64,000 bases of DNA from Octopus vulgaris (taxonomy: Eukaryota). The DNA lies in the NCBI GenBank assembly GCA_951406725.2, contig OX597823.1, forward strand, positions 31,806,001 to 31,870,000. The letters run 5' to 3'. Below the pieces are notes generated by a model. That model did not search any database, was not told the origin of the DNA, and worked only from the letters and a program-made list of their open reading frames with translations. Positions 25,814-39,119 of this stretch are shown here, one piece after another (positions within the stretch are counted from its first letter, which is position 1; each line of letters begins with the position of its first letter). The translations under genes and the position numbers were made by a program.

Positions 25814-27929
25814 CTTTTACTTGTTTCAGTCATTATACTGTAGCCATGCTGGGGCATTGCCTTGAACTTTTGTCAAATGAATTGGCCCCAGTACTTCTTT
25901 TTTGAACCTGGTACAATTCTATCAGTTTTTTTAACTGAACTGCTAAGTTACAGGGGATGTAAACACACCAACACCAGTTGTCAAGTAGTCATGGGGAAAC
26001 AAACACAGACAGAAACACACACATACATATATATATATACACGATGAGCTTCTTTCAGTTTCCATTTATCAAATACACCCACAAGGCTTTGGTTGGCCTG
26101 AGACTGTAGAAGAAAGCATTTGCCCAAGATGCCAGACAGTGGGACTGAACCCACAGTCATGTAGTTGGGAAGTAAGCTTCTAACCACTCAGCCACACCTG
26201 CGCCTATGTGTGTGTGGTGGGGGTGCACGCGTATGTATCAAGCCATATCCATCACTCGCAAAAGAGCATACCACATTAGCATGCACCATGCTTTCACTCA
26301 TTGGTTTAGATTTCCTTGTAGACTTCAACAGATGCAACCACTTGTCAGCCCCTTCATTCTAAACCCAGCAAACAGGTGAATGGTTAGTAAAATTACCTCC
26401 CCAAGGCTAGTACCATAAAATGACCAGCACACACTACAAAGTGATTTAGCAGATGAGCAGAGAAAGTGTAGGATTGTAATTCTCTTTTGTCCTGTCTTGC
26501 CATTATTCAGGCCCTCTCTCGAGTTGGTGCCATGAGAAAAAACGCCCTGTGCAAAGTGGTTAGGGATAAGAAGAACCTCACACAGTAGAAACCAAGTCAG
26601 ATGACCTGGATGAGAAGCACTAGCTTCCAAAATAAGTAACTCATACCATCTTGATCTGTCCAACCCATGAAAAGCATATAAATCAGATGAAAAAAATGTT
26701 TGTGTGTGTGGTTTTCCACAACATTTCATCTTCTCAATATCTCTTCTTGTCTTTCTTCTCTCACACCTTTCTTTCCTTCAATGATCCTGTCAGAATTCCT
26801 CCCCACCCAAGTCTACTGCTCCCTTCTTTTCCTCTTTTGTTCACACCTTCCACTCATATTCACCCTGTTCATACAACCCATCCCATTATCTTTCCACTCC
26901 CTACACATTTGGCTCAGTAACCTGATACTAATCCCTACTCTTTCTCTTATTTCCTTCCATACACCCCTTCACTTAGCACCTTCCCTGTTACCCTGTAACT
27001 CCCTTCACTACCACCTTATTGCAATTATAAAGCTTTTCTTCTCATCCTACTTTAATCCCCCACCCTGCATCACCCTGCCTAGAATCACCAGACACACACT
27101 CTCTTCTATCATTTCTCAGTTACAGGGCCCACTTTAGGACCTTAGCCTTGCAAGTTATGAAGTGGCCTTCAGGAGAGCTGGTACCATAAAGAAAAGCACC
27201 CAGTATGTTCTGTAAAGTGGTTGGCAATAAGAAGCTCATCCAGCCATAGAAACCATGCCAATGTAAACTCATTCCAACTCATTGGATGTTGAATGACCAA
27301 CCCATACTAGCATGGAGGCTGCACATATTTATGATGATAACAGTTTCAGCTTCAATCCCACTACATGGAAACTTTAGCAAGTATTTTCCACTATTGGCTC
27401 AAGGCCAACCAAAAATTCAATCATTTTCAATATTCTATAAAAACATGGCTTGGCATAGGGAAACAGATGAGGGCTCATGTCAGGGAAAACAGCCAGCCAT
27501 AGGAAACTTCGTCATCCTTTTTCATTCTTTGGACTCTTCCCTTTTTCCTTTCTGATAAAGAGCTATGCTCAAAATATCAAAAACCCTGTCTTTTTACTGA
27601 ACATCTAACTAATACATTCCTTGTTGCCTGTTATTGTTAATTTTAACGTTCGTTTACTTGATTTGACTATATATATATGTATGTATGTATATATTCAACA
27701 TAAACATAACGTCACAAGAAATTTGAAAAGCTAAATGCGAAACTGGTCTTTCTTTAAAAATTATGTCATTATAAGGGAAAAAAAATTTTTTTTTTTAAAT
27801 TTTCTAATATTCTTCAGACATATTGACGCAAATATATATATCTTTTAACATTCAAGCCTTCTGTCGTTTTCTCACTCTTTACTATTTTTTATATATTCAC
27901 CCACGTGCTTTCACAAACCAACTTTCTTA

Positions 27930-27975
<46 letters not shown>

Positions 27976-28287
27976 AAATAAAACATGCATATATACATAT
28001 ATATATATATATACAATAAATAAAACATATGCATATATACATATATGTACGTACCTACATCTACATGTATATACACATGCATATATGGGTACAGGACACC
28101 AAAAAAACGTTGAACACAATGAAAAACGAAAACATAAACACAAAACCAAGGAATTGGACATTTTTCTTAAGCAACGAAAAAATAGAGTACAGGACATACA
28201 ATACAAGGAAAATTCCCCTTCTTCAGTCGCCTATGTTTCATCTACTCTGCGTTTCGAAGGTCAAGGCGTGACACGACTTCAATAAAA

Positions 28288-28418
28288 AGCACATAAATGC
28301 AAAGCAAGGTGGAAAAAATAGTACTCAAATACTCAATAGAGTATGTTTTTCATTAAAGATGAAAACATTTTCACAAACTGTTACTTAGAGTTTAACACTA
28401 CCATTCATCAGACAGTTG
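28288..28418 (-). mobile_element. Family E copy with degenerate hammerhead
   Basis: Aligns to 10081-10216; retains ctgt-ctgatga…gta-acag on minus, but the GAAA core is mutated. Confidence 0.65.
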
Positions 28419-28479
28419 TTAACATACTCTACATCTATACACACACACATATATATTGCTGACGTGGATGATGATAGTA

Positions 28480-28922
28480 CCACCTGATTGGCACTCATGC
28501 CAATGGAATGTTATAAGCACATTTGAGTGTGATTGTTGCCAGGGCCATGGATTGGCTCCCATGTCGGTGACATGTGAAAAGCACCATTCGAGCATGATTG
28601 ATGCCAGTGTCGCTTTACTGGCATATGAAAACAACATTCAAGTGTGGTCGTTGCCAGTGCCGCCGAACTGACTCCCATGCAGGTAACACATAAAAACACC
28701 TTCTGAGCGTAGTTAGTACCAGAACCGCCTAACTGGCCCTCGTGCCAGTGGCACATAAAAGCACCCACTACACTCGTGGAATGGTTGGCGTTGGGAAGGG
28801 TATTCAGCTGTAGAAACTTTGCCAGATCAGATTGAGCCTGGTGCAGCCTCTGGCTCACCAGCCCTCAGTCAAACCGTCCAACCCATGCCAGCATGGAAAG
28901 CGGACTTAAAATGATGATGATT
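28480..28922 (+). mobile_element. Family C retroposon with degenerate internal tandem units
   Basis: Repeated aaaagcaccattcgag…tgccagtg units, then the conserved 3' body and gatgatga tail. Confidence 0.8.
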
Positions 28923-29410
28923 ATAAATATATATATTATATATATTCAAATATGAATGAGAAGCAGGTGAAGGGATATAAACACACATAGAAAGGTATGT
29001 ATTCTGCGAGTTGGTGAACTGGCTGTGATTATAGGTGTGAAAGAACATATTTACATATTCTCATCAATTCACTTGGTGTTAAAACACCTGAAAGTCACAG
29101 ACAAGCTAGATAACTCACATCAGACCCCATTCAGAAGTGACAGACATTAATGTCTCGTCATCTTTTTGACTTCTCAATACCACATACCCCCATTTCAGGC
29201 ATGTAGTATTGACAGGTCACACAGATGATGAAACATTAATGTCTACCACACGTGTAACAGAACCTGATGCAAGTTATCTCACTTGTCTATGACTTTTAGA
29301 GGTTTTAACACAAGGCAGATTGATGAGGTATTTTCTCATGCTTATAACTGCAGCCAACCCAAGAACTGGTAAAACATAACTTGTGCATGTGTGTTGCATA
29401 TTGTTTATAT

Positions 29411-29780
29411 CATCATCATCATCATCGTTTAGCGTCCGTTTTCCATGCTAGCATGGGTTGGATGGTTCTACTGGGGTCTGTGAAGCCAGAAGGCTTCATC
29501 AGGCCCAGTCAAATCTGGCAGTGTTTCTACGGCTGGATGCCCTTCCTAACGCCAACCACTCCGTGAGTGTAGTGGGTGCTTTTTACGTGCCACCCGCACA
29601 TGTGCCAGACAGAGCTGGCAAACGGCCACGAACGGATGGTGCTTTTTATGTGCCACCGGCACGAGGGCCAGGCGAGGCTGGCAATGGACACGAACGGATG
29701 GTGCTTTTTACGTGCCATCGGCACAAGGCCAGTCGGGGCAGTGCTGGCAACGGTCGCAAAACGGAAGGTTCTCTTACATG
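29411..29780 (-). mobile_element. Family C retroposon with ~60-bp internal tandem units
   Basis: (cat)n tail, conserved body, then ggtgctttttacgtgccaccggcac-type units repeated 3-4 times. Confidence 0.85.
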
Positions 29781-29784
29781 AAGT

Positions 29785-30310
29785 GATTTCATTACGCAAT
29801 ATTTTGATACGGAAAAACAATAAAAAACTCCAGCTAAGTCACAAGTATTTACTCACAATCAATTTTTATTCCCTGTCTTACAAGTGTTCAATGTGGCAAC
29901 CACCTGCAGCACAGCAAACATCAATGCGATAAGAGAATTCCTCCCAGACACGTATCAGCATATCAAAAGCAAGTTCATTGTGGAACTAAAGAATAAAATT
30001 GCTTTGGCTTGAGGCAATTCCAGAAGATATTGACATAGAATGGAAATGGAAAAAACTTTGATAAAGCATTCAACTAGACAGCCAAAGAAGTACTCAGTGG
30101 ATCGTGATATGCTGATACACGTCTGGGAGGAATTCTCTTACCACATTGATGTTGCCCGTGCTGCAGGTGGTGGCCACATTGAACACTTGTAAGACAGGAA
30201 ATAAAAGTTGACTGTGAGTAAATACTTGTGACTTAACTGGAGTTTTCTATTGCTTTTCCTTATTAAAATATTGCGTAACGAAATCGGTTCATTCTTTTTG
30301 AATAACCCTG
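29785..30310. mobile_element. Fold-back of a Tc1/mariner-type transposase 3' end, with right TIR ending cctg|TA
   Basis: 29785-29965 is the reverse complement of 30105-30285; right arm reads [27 protein letters not shown]; terminus ttctttttgaataaccctg followed by TA. Confidence 0.75.
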
Positions 30311-30346
30311 TATATATGTATATATATATGTATATATATGTATATA

Positions 30347-30420
<74 letters not shown>

Positions 30421-31494
30421 TTAATGACTAACAGGAAACATTTCAGATGAGAGTTTCTGTTAATATATATCAATATAAAAATGTCTTATTCAATAGCGCT
30501 GATAATATAAAACATTCATCACACTATTTTCCGTGTGTGCACTTCAAGCTTAGCAAATTTCTCGAATTTTAAACACTTCAACAACAATGTGAATAGTAAA
30601 CATTGTTTTCGGTGCACATGTACCAAAGCGGTCGTATGTAAACTGACTTTTTTCTTTAACTAAATTTCACAAATCTATTCCTGGTGTAGACACAAAACCC
30701 AAGATTTCTGAAAGAATGGTAATGGTGAAAATATAAGAGTGTGTGGTGTTCGTAATTTTCTTGTGGGCGTAAGTGAGGTAAGTGTAGTGGGATATATATA
30801 AAAAAAAAAAAAATTGAAATCCAGATCAGTGACTGCGTCTACCATTATTTAATGTCTGCACAACAACACGAGGGTTTCTCCCCCCCCTCCCCAATAATAG
30901 TAAACTAATCGCTTCATTATCTGTCTCGTCTTAATGCTGATGTAGCACTAACTTCAGAGTTCGTATGCCACTGGTGTTAATTTTGACTTTTGTGTCCGGG
31001 GATCGATAAAATAAATATCAGTCACGTTCTGAATTCGATTCTGTGGCCATGTTAAACAAAAAGCTAAAGGGCCGAGTAGGGAAGATGCCTGACATGTTCA
31101 TTTGCCAAGACTATTCGTGTTTTGACTCCAGATCTTAGGGTTTATTTATACAGGAAGTTAAATGAAACTGTCATGAGATGTACACCTCTCTCGGCCTGGT
31201 ATTGAGGAAAGAAATAGGAGTAGTTTACGACTACAATCTGAATGCTATACCCCGAGTACGGGGACTCGACTCAATGACATTCATCGAACATACACATATA
31301 GTTGCTTCACTATACAATGTATTCTTTTCAGTCTTACGGTTTTATGAAAATTTAGCTAACATTTCCAACAAGCCGAATGACCAGTTAGAGTTACCTTCTT
31401 TGGCTCAAGACGCTAATATTTTATCATGGGACAGTGACGAAAATGCGACTCCATGGTAGATCATACCTTGCAATATGAATATCCGGATGCATTG

Positions 31495-31543
<49 letters not shown>

Positions 31544-31546
31544 CAT

Positions 31547-31586
31547 AACTGTCCGATGAACGGTAACGTGAAACTATTTAACAGTT
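31547..31586 (+). ncRNA. Family E hammerhead motif variant
   Basis: AACTGT-CCGATGA-ACG GTAA CGT-GAAAC…TA-ACAGTT: 6-bp stem I, perfect stem II with GNRA loop, U4C core variant, degenerate stem III. Confidence 0.55.
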
Positions 31587-32387
31587 TGTGAAGATTTTTT
31601 TCAGCTTTAATAAATATAATTTAGTAAACATAATATAATTTTTATGGATATCTACAGTCGGTTTACGTAGATATGTATAGTCAACTGAATTTATTGAAAC
31701 AAAATAATAACAATTATAATAATTAATTCCAGCAGCATTTTTTTTGACGTACCTTTTTGAGTCTACCGGACCTTGATAACTTCGAAAGACGCTTATTGCT
31801 GGCCATATGAAGCAGACTTTTAATGTTCTTTTCGTCTATAAACTCTAAATTGTTGTCTTAGTGGTTCAATGTTCTTGTGATAACGGTCCTTCAATAAATA
31901 AATAAATAAATATAAGTATTTTTATCTACATCTATTCTAAATATACATAAATATATACATGTATGTACGTATAGATAGATAGATAGATAGATAGACAGAT
32001 AGATACATAGATTTCCTAGCGTTAATTTCTTTTACAGTAGAGGAAGCTAGAAGACACGAAAATCCTATAATATAACGAAATATGATAACTGTATTACAAT
32101 ATTTCTAGAGCTTCTCACCAATTATAATAATTCAGTGATGTGGTGTGGTCCAATGTTTACAAAATTTCGCACCGAAATACAGGATGTCATTTAACACCGC
32201 TTCGTTCAAAGACACCATGTATATTCATCGCCACCTTTAGCATTTAACTTTTTGGCAACTTTATTACTCTTTGTGTGTGTGTTTTTCTAGTTTAATTCAG
32301 AGTTTATTATTAGTTGTAATAATTTTCAGTTGAGTATCTTGTTTATATTTCTTAAACAACTTAATGATAAACGTTTGAGATATACAG

Positions 32388-32463
32388 GTGGTGATGTTAC
32401 GAAAAGTTATAGATAAAGCTGTACAATAGATGAAACTGAAAGTGGATATTAACTATTAAGTCG
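32388..32463 (+). other. Possible non-coding 5' exon ending at a consensus donor
   Basis: TCG|GTAAGT at 32463/32464 in a SINE-poor, CpG-retaining zone; only short ATG-stop frames inside; the 5' boundary is uncertain. Confidence 0.25.
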
Positions 32464-32503
32464 GTAAGTTCGGGCTTTGGAAAATTATATATTTATATAT
32501 ATG

Positions 32504-32534
<31 letters not shown>

Positions 32535-32711
32535 GCGATCTTACGGTTTATATATATATATATGTTTGTGTGTGTGTCGTGAGTTAATTGGGTTTTTTTT
32601 ATTGTATTATTTTGTTGAGTCACCTTTAATTATTTTTATTTTGTATGGTTTCCATAGAAATCATTTCGTGAGCAGCGTGAAATATTGCGTTTATCTCTCT
32701 TTCTCTCTCTC

Positions 32712-32760
<49 letters not shown>

Positions 32761-33054
32761 TTTAAGTCATAATATATGGATCACGTAATCCAGCAGTACT
32801 CATAAAAACAGTTGCTTAATGTATCGTCCTACAAAACATATTCAATGTATAGCACGATACAAGGGAAAATGATAAGGAGTGTATATGATAATATAAGTTA
32901 TTTGCATGTTTTTGAGTTACGAAACAAATTTGTCGTGAGATTTGAATTTTCTTCTCTTTTTTGTTAAATAAATGTCCATCTATATATTTCCCATTTCCCT
33001 AAGATTGCCCTAACTTTTTTTGCAATTAAGCGTCATTTTCTTGGAGAGGTGCGT

Positions 33055-33089
<35 letters not shown>

Positions 33090-33930
33090 ATGTATGTATA
33101 TAGTTAATCAAGAAACATATATCAGAAAGAAGCCGAAGCACACTCTAAAAAATAGACTAGTAATTATTACAATGGTATAAAATTTTGTTGTAATATATAT
33201 ATATATATGTGTGTGAGCTTTTTTATTATTAATAATCACAATTGCCCGACGGAGAACGTGAAACTCTGACTAGCAGTTACCTGGGGGCTAATGCAAATTC
33301 ACACACACACACACACACACGGGTAAGCACATAAATGTGAAACAAGCACATAAATGTGAAACAAGGTGAGAAAAAAATAGTACTCAAATACTGGAGAGTA
33401 ATACGCTTTTTTTTTTGGTTAATATAGGGCGTAACAAATATCAGAAAATCAAAAAAAAAATGTGTGTAATAGGTGTAAAACAACTTCCTATGAACGAATA
33501 TGAAAAAAAAAATTCGCACACGCGAAAGGGGGTGGGGGAGAGGCCTCGGAAAATTCACATCGGGAAGTTCCGAAAGCGTCTGAGGAGCTGACCCGGGCAC
33601 CAAAACAAAAAAAAAATAGTGTAATATGTGTAAAACAACTTGCTCTAAACGAATATGACAAAAAAAAAAATGCGCTCTCGCTGCAAAAATATCACAAAAA
33701 TCGGGTAGCTCCAAATCGGGGCTAATGCAGATTCGCACCTCATATTAAAAAATGCATTTTTCTGAAAAAGTTTATTCGGATTTCTAGGTTTTACGTGTCA
33801 GAGATTACGAATATGTAAAACAATTTTTATTTTTTATTTTAACCCCTAGGTTAGTGTTGAGACATATGGGGAGAACCGCTAAGTGACGGATTCGGCATAT
33901 ATCTCTACTGTAGTTTTGTGAGGTTTCAAA

Positions 33931-34576
33931 CTTTTCGCCGAACACCTGACTTTCACTTTATAAATTGTACTGAAGCCAACTTATTTTACATATGGCAGAT
34001 ATTCTCATACTGATAACTACTACCAATCCCCGTCCCAAAATAATGACAAAAAAATTCCACCCGCTTCTTTTCGCCGAACACCTGACTTTCACTTTGTTAA
34101 GCTCTGTTTGACGGTCACCAAAGGATTTATAAATTGTACTGAAGCCAACTTATTTGACTTATGGCAGATATTCTCATACTGATAAATACTACCAATCCCC
34201 GTCCCAAAATAATGACAAAAAAATTCCACCCGCTTCTTTTCGCCGAACACCTGACTTTCACTTTGTTAAGCTCTGTTTGACGGTCACCAAAGGATTTATA
34301 AATTGTACTGAAGCCAACTTATTTGACTTATGGCAGATATTCTCATACTGATAAATACTACCAATCCCCGTCCCAAAATAATGACAAAAAAATTCCACCC
34401 GCTTCTTTTCGCCGAACACCTGACTTTCACTTTGTTAAGCTCTGTTTGACGGTCACCAAAGGATTTATAAATTGTACTGAAGCCAACTTATTTGACTTAT
34501 GGCAGATATTCTCATACTGATAAATACTACCAATCCCCGTCCCAAAATAATGACAAAAAAATTCCACCCGCTTCTT
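33931..34576. repeat. 169-bp tandem repeat: three identical units plus one 136-bp deleted variant
   Basis: Units start cttttcgccgaacacctg at 33931, 34067, 34236 and 34405; identical ORFs at 34154 and 34323 are 169 bp apart. Confidence 0.95.
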
Positions 34577-34759
34577 TAATTACGGTGACAGCGTGAGGCC
34601 TGGTGATTAGGATGTTGTACACACATAATCACATGGTTGTGGTTTCGATTCTCAGTCCGCTTTGTTCTTGAACAAGCACTTTATTTCATGTCCCTTCGGG
34701 AGCAACCCTACAACGAACGTATATAAATTTCTATTTTCATTTATAACATAAGCCTGTAC

Positions 34760-35087
34760 ATTTTTTTTTCCTTTACTCCTGTTTGGAAAGTGACATTTGC
34801 TGAAGTGAGAACAGAAAGTGTAAAATGTATGTACGTGTATATGAATTGGACGTGTGTGTGCGTGTTGAGAGAGAGAGAGAGTGATTGAAGGTGTGTTGTC
34901 ATGTATGGATTTTTTTAGTTGCATGTATGTGTAAGTGGCAGTCGCTCTTTCTCTCACACACACATACAAAAAAACGATGTATGCATATGTATTTATGTAT
35001 GTACGTGTATATGAAAGATGATGTGTGTGTGAGAGAGCGAGTGTCACTTACACACATACATACAAAAAATACATAACAACACCCCCC

Positions 35088-35121
<34 letters not shown>

Positions 35122-35215
35122 GTCCATTTCACATATACTTACGTACATCTTTCACTTTCTGCTTTCACTTCAAAGCAAACGTCGCCTTCCAAAGAGGAGT
35201 AAAGAAATAAAAAAA
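34760..35215. mobile_element. Old fold-back / MITE-like element with ~140-bp imperfect inverted arms
   Basis: ctttactcctgtttggaaagtgacatttgctgaagtgagaacagaaagtg… pairs with …cactttctgctttcacttcaaagcaaacgtcgccttccaaagaggagtaaag. Confidence 0.6.
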
Positions 35216-35337
35216 AGGTTTTTAAATTTTACAGAAAAAAAATTGCCAGACTTTATTGGCAAATTTTAAAATTAACATAAACAACTGGCATCCCGTTCTA
35301 CGAATGCAGGTAATGTAACTTCAGCCCCTTAAATACC

Positions 35338-35569
35338 TATTTGTTTACTACCCACAAGGGGCTACACACAGAGGGAACAAACAAGGACAGACAAACGGAT
35401 TAAGTCGATTATATCGACTCCAGTGCGTAACTAGTACTTATTTAATCGACCCTGAAAGAATGAAAGGCAAAGTCGACCTCGGCGGAATTTGAACTCAGAA
35501 CGTAGCAGCAGACGAAACACTGCTAAGCATTTCGTCCGACGTGCTAACGTTTCTGCCAGCTCGCCGCCT
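35338..35569 (-). mobile_element. SINE family B, young
   Basis: Near-consensus copy with intact CpGs; cttaaatacc occurs on both flanks. Confidence 0.9.
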
Positions 35570-35914
35570 TCGGCTACTTAAATACCATGGATACCAGGTA
35601 ACCTGTGCTACGAGTACTAGGCCTCCAGACAGTAATGACTTGCTTTACTTTTTTTTTTTTACTTCAGTTATGAAAAAATAATAGGACAACCCCTTAAGTT
35701 TACAAAATGTCCTTCGTTTCCATGAAACACTCTCATTTTGATATATCTTTTGTAAAGCCCTTCCTATAAAAAAAAAATTCATCACTTACGTAATCCAAAA
35801 AACCAGTTTTGTCACGCTGTGTCATGGCAACTTGAGAAATACATTAAAACTATTAAGAGAAACACTACCCTCTGGACCGTCTTCTGTCCATTTGTTTAAT
35901 GTGTATATTTATGA

Positions 35915-36367
35915 AAAACACTTTCTCCCGCACGCCCCTCATTTTCTCGGATCTTTTTTTTTTTTTTTTTTTTTTTGCCAAAAACCCCCGTTTTCGGATA
36001 CGAAGATTCCGGAAAATTGCCAAAAGTCGGCATTTTGAAATTTCTTGGACCCCCTTCCCCCACTCCCCCAAATTTGTCATTTTTTTCACTTTTTTCCATA
36101 ACCCTAACCCTAACTAGAAACTTTTTTGGAAATTAATTTCAGAATCATAATCTCCATATTTTTCCGCATATTTTGAAAAGAACAATTTCTCAAAAAAGTT
36201 AAAAATGAAGAAATAAGGGTTGGGGGTAATTTCAAAATGCCGATTTTTGCCAATCTTTTTGCAGATACTAATTCTCCGTAGCCTAAAACGGGGGTTTGTG
36301 TAGAAAAAAAAAATATTTAAAACAATGGGGTGTTTTTGGGGGGGGGGTGCAAAAGGAAGTCTTGCCA
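35915..36367. mobile_element. MITE related to 2800-3087, long imperfect TIRs and internal accctaaccctaac
   Basis: aaaacccccgttttcggatacg…aaaagtcggcattttgaaatt pairs with aatttcaaaatgccgattttt…cgtagcctaaaacgggggttt; ends ggaagtcttgcc, like the 3078-3087 terminus. Confidence 0.65.
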
Positions 36368-37349
36368 TATTTATTTCTATCTGCTTATATAGAACAACAT
36401 AGAAAAAATTGTCCTTTCTTAATGAAAGATGCTTTGGGGAAATCTGAAGGAAATTTAGTTACTACTTATAGTTTGTCAGTAGGTCAAGGGTCATAAGGAT
36501 TTCCGTGTGATAATCAGTCACATTAAAGAGGAAGTAATAAGTGGTGAGAGGAAGAGTTGACAATATATTGGCTTCGTGTGTGTGTGTGTGTTATCTATAA
36601 TCTATATCTATAAGAGAGAATTTGTATGTGTGTGTGCGTTCCTTATGCATTCCAAAACTGAGATGCCAATTTTGAAGTGTGGGGTATCAAAAGATGCAGT
36701 AAGCTTTCGGCTACCAACTAAACTATATTTTCATTCACATATTTGCATTACAAAAATTTAACATTGTTATTTTTCTTTTAGTTACCTATTGTAAACAACA
36801 TTTTATACCACCACCACAACGACGATGACGTTACATTTTCTTTGAGTGTGTTCATGCATTCGTTAGGCTGACTGACAAGTATACATGTGTGATAGTGTAT
36901 GTGTCTCTCAGTATACATACATTTTGGTGATGACTGACACACACACACAGATCTAAAGACTGAGGCAGACACACACGCGAACAGAGATAGGCTTGAGGTG
37001 TGCATTAATGTCTGTATGTGCATGTGTCTTGGTATATGCATGTCACTTTACAGTTTTTTAAATTCTTTGTATGTGAGGTTACTAACAGAGATTCTGAGGT
37101 CCTTAACATTTGTTGAAATCTTGGCAGTCAAAAGAAAACATAGAAATTAATTGCATTTAAGAAACTACATTTAACATTATAGTTAAATTACTAAAACTCA
37201 AGTGGGAGCATAAAGATAACAGGAGTCTATTTTATCTTCTTTTTTCCCTTACCTCTCTTGATACAAGATTTAGTTTAGTTTCAAATTGATGATAATACTG
37301 TTAGTTGTTCACCCTGATAAGAGAAGCCTCTATATAGTTTCAGAGCTTA

Positions 37350-37581
37350 GGGCGGCGAGCTGGCAGAAACATTAGCACGCCAGGCGAAATGCGTAGCCTT
37401 ATTTCGTCTGCTGTTACGTTCTGAGTTCAAATTCTGCCGAGGTCAACTTTGCCTTTCATCCTTTCAGGGTCGATAAATTAAGTACCAGTAATGCACTGGG
37501 GTCGATGTAATCGACTTAATCCGTTTGTCTGTCCTTGTTTGTCCCCTCTGTGTTTAACCCCTTGTGGGTAGTAAAGAAATA
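37350..37581 (+). mobile_element. SINE family B, full length with 18-bp TSD
   Basis: ggcggcgagctggcagaaac (A-box) … gagttcaaattc (B-box) … gcctttcatcctttcagggtcgataaattaagtaccag …; tatatagtttcagagctt on both flanks. Confidence 0.92.
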
Positions 37582-39119
37582 TATATAGTTTCAGAGCTTG
37601 TTAGAAATAACAAAGAAATCACTCTTTCCAATCAAACCTGACCGTCATAATTATTTCTACTTTTGATACAAAACTATCAGTTTTGAGGAGAGAGGAAGTG
37701 AATTGCATTGATACCTGTGCTGAACTAGTATTTATTTTAGTGACCCAAGAGGATGAAAGACAGAGTTGACCTCTGTAGAATTTGAACTGGAATACATAAA
37801 GAGCTAGAAGTGCTGCTAAGCATTTTGTTCTATTCACTAATGGTACTGTTAGCTCAACAACCCTACCATAATTTATTTCTGTATTGCCTGACTGGTAGTT
37901 AGAGGATGGAGGAGTTGCTATCTGCCAGTAGAGAGGGGAAGAAGAAGGAATGCACGGTGCTGACTAGAAAGAAAGAAAGGATAAAGGTGGCTCTGCCCTG
38001 ATTGGTTGTATGCAAATGAGTTTATTACTGGGTTCCGGAACTCTCGTGGGAAAAAAAATTTCACGTCCTGGAATAGAGAGGTCATGTCTTTGATGAGGCA
38101 TCAAAGGAATTTGCCAAATGTAGATGATTGATTCACTGGATGCTTAAGCAAACAATCAATTAGTTAATTAGTGAAGTAGTTAACCAATTGACAAATAAAG
38201 AAGTAAGATGGAACCAGTGTGTGTGTTTATTATTGGCATAATGACCCTCCCAAGATATATCAGCAGCTGTAACAACTATGCTACAGCTGCTATCCCTAAT
38301 ACAACTATGAAATAGGCCATGGTATATTGATTACTGACTGTTAAGTTTGGATCTTAAAAGTACATATTGTATGTCTAATTAATATTATGTTTTGTGTTGC
38401 TTCATTGTATAGCTAATTAAAATAACCTTTCATTGCCAGCTTTGTTTATCTCTATTCTTTACAGAGATTGATTTTTGAGATGTCTTATTATAAATTAGTA
38501 ATTATTATAAACTAGTGTCCCCCTCTTATAAAGATAAGTTTTACTAATGATAGGTGCAGGCAATCATGCAGATCCGTTAGAGTATCGGATACAATAATAC
38601 TTAGTGGTGCTTCAGGTTCTTTACATTCTGAGTTCAAATTTTGCTGTGGTCGTCTTTTCCTTTCAGGATTGGTAAGCACCAGTCAAGTATTGGAGTTGAT
38701 GTCATCAACTTCCCCCACCTCTCAAAACTGTTGGCCCTGTGCCAAAACTTGAGATTATTTTTAAGTGCAGGCATAGCTCAGTTCACTTCCCAACCTACTA
38801 CCGGCACTCAAACCTAATGATTGAGCCAAGCTCTCCATCAATGAAGGAGCTTCTACATGGCTGCTTGTTCTGCTCAATACAGCAGCCAAATCACCTTCAA
38901 ATCACATCTTACAGTTTAGAAAAGGACAAAGTAGATAATTTGTTGTTAATAATAATAATAATAATAATAATTGTGTACAGTGCTCAGGTGCACTACAACT
39001 CATCTAAAGTGTATATATAATCAGGTGAAGTTTCGGCGGATTTCGGAAAGCATGAGGGCCTTAAAAGATGCAGTGTCATGGCAGTCAACAACTGACGCAG
39101 GCAGTTTTTGCCTCTCTCT

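Noticed and set aside
29575-29780. CRISPR-like repeat/spacer pattern (also 61935-62150, 28480-28770)
   Set aside because: Spacers are homologous to each other, the array is internal to a dispersed eukaryotic retroposon, and no cas genes are present.
34154-34520. Two identical 65-aa ORFs
   Set aside because: By-product of the 169-bp tandem repeat; non-ATG starts.
36590-36740. Possible Helitron 5' end (atctataatctatatctataagag…tgtgtg)
   Set aside because: No matching 3' hairpin plus CTAG end could be linked with confidence.
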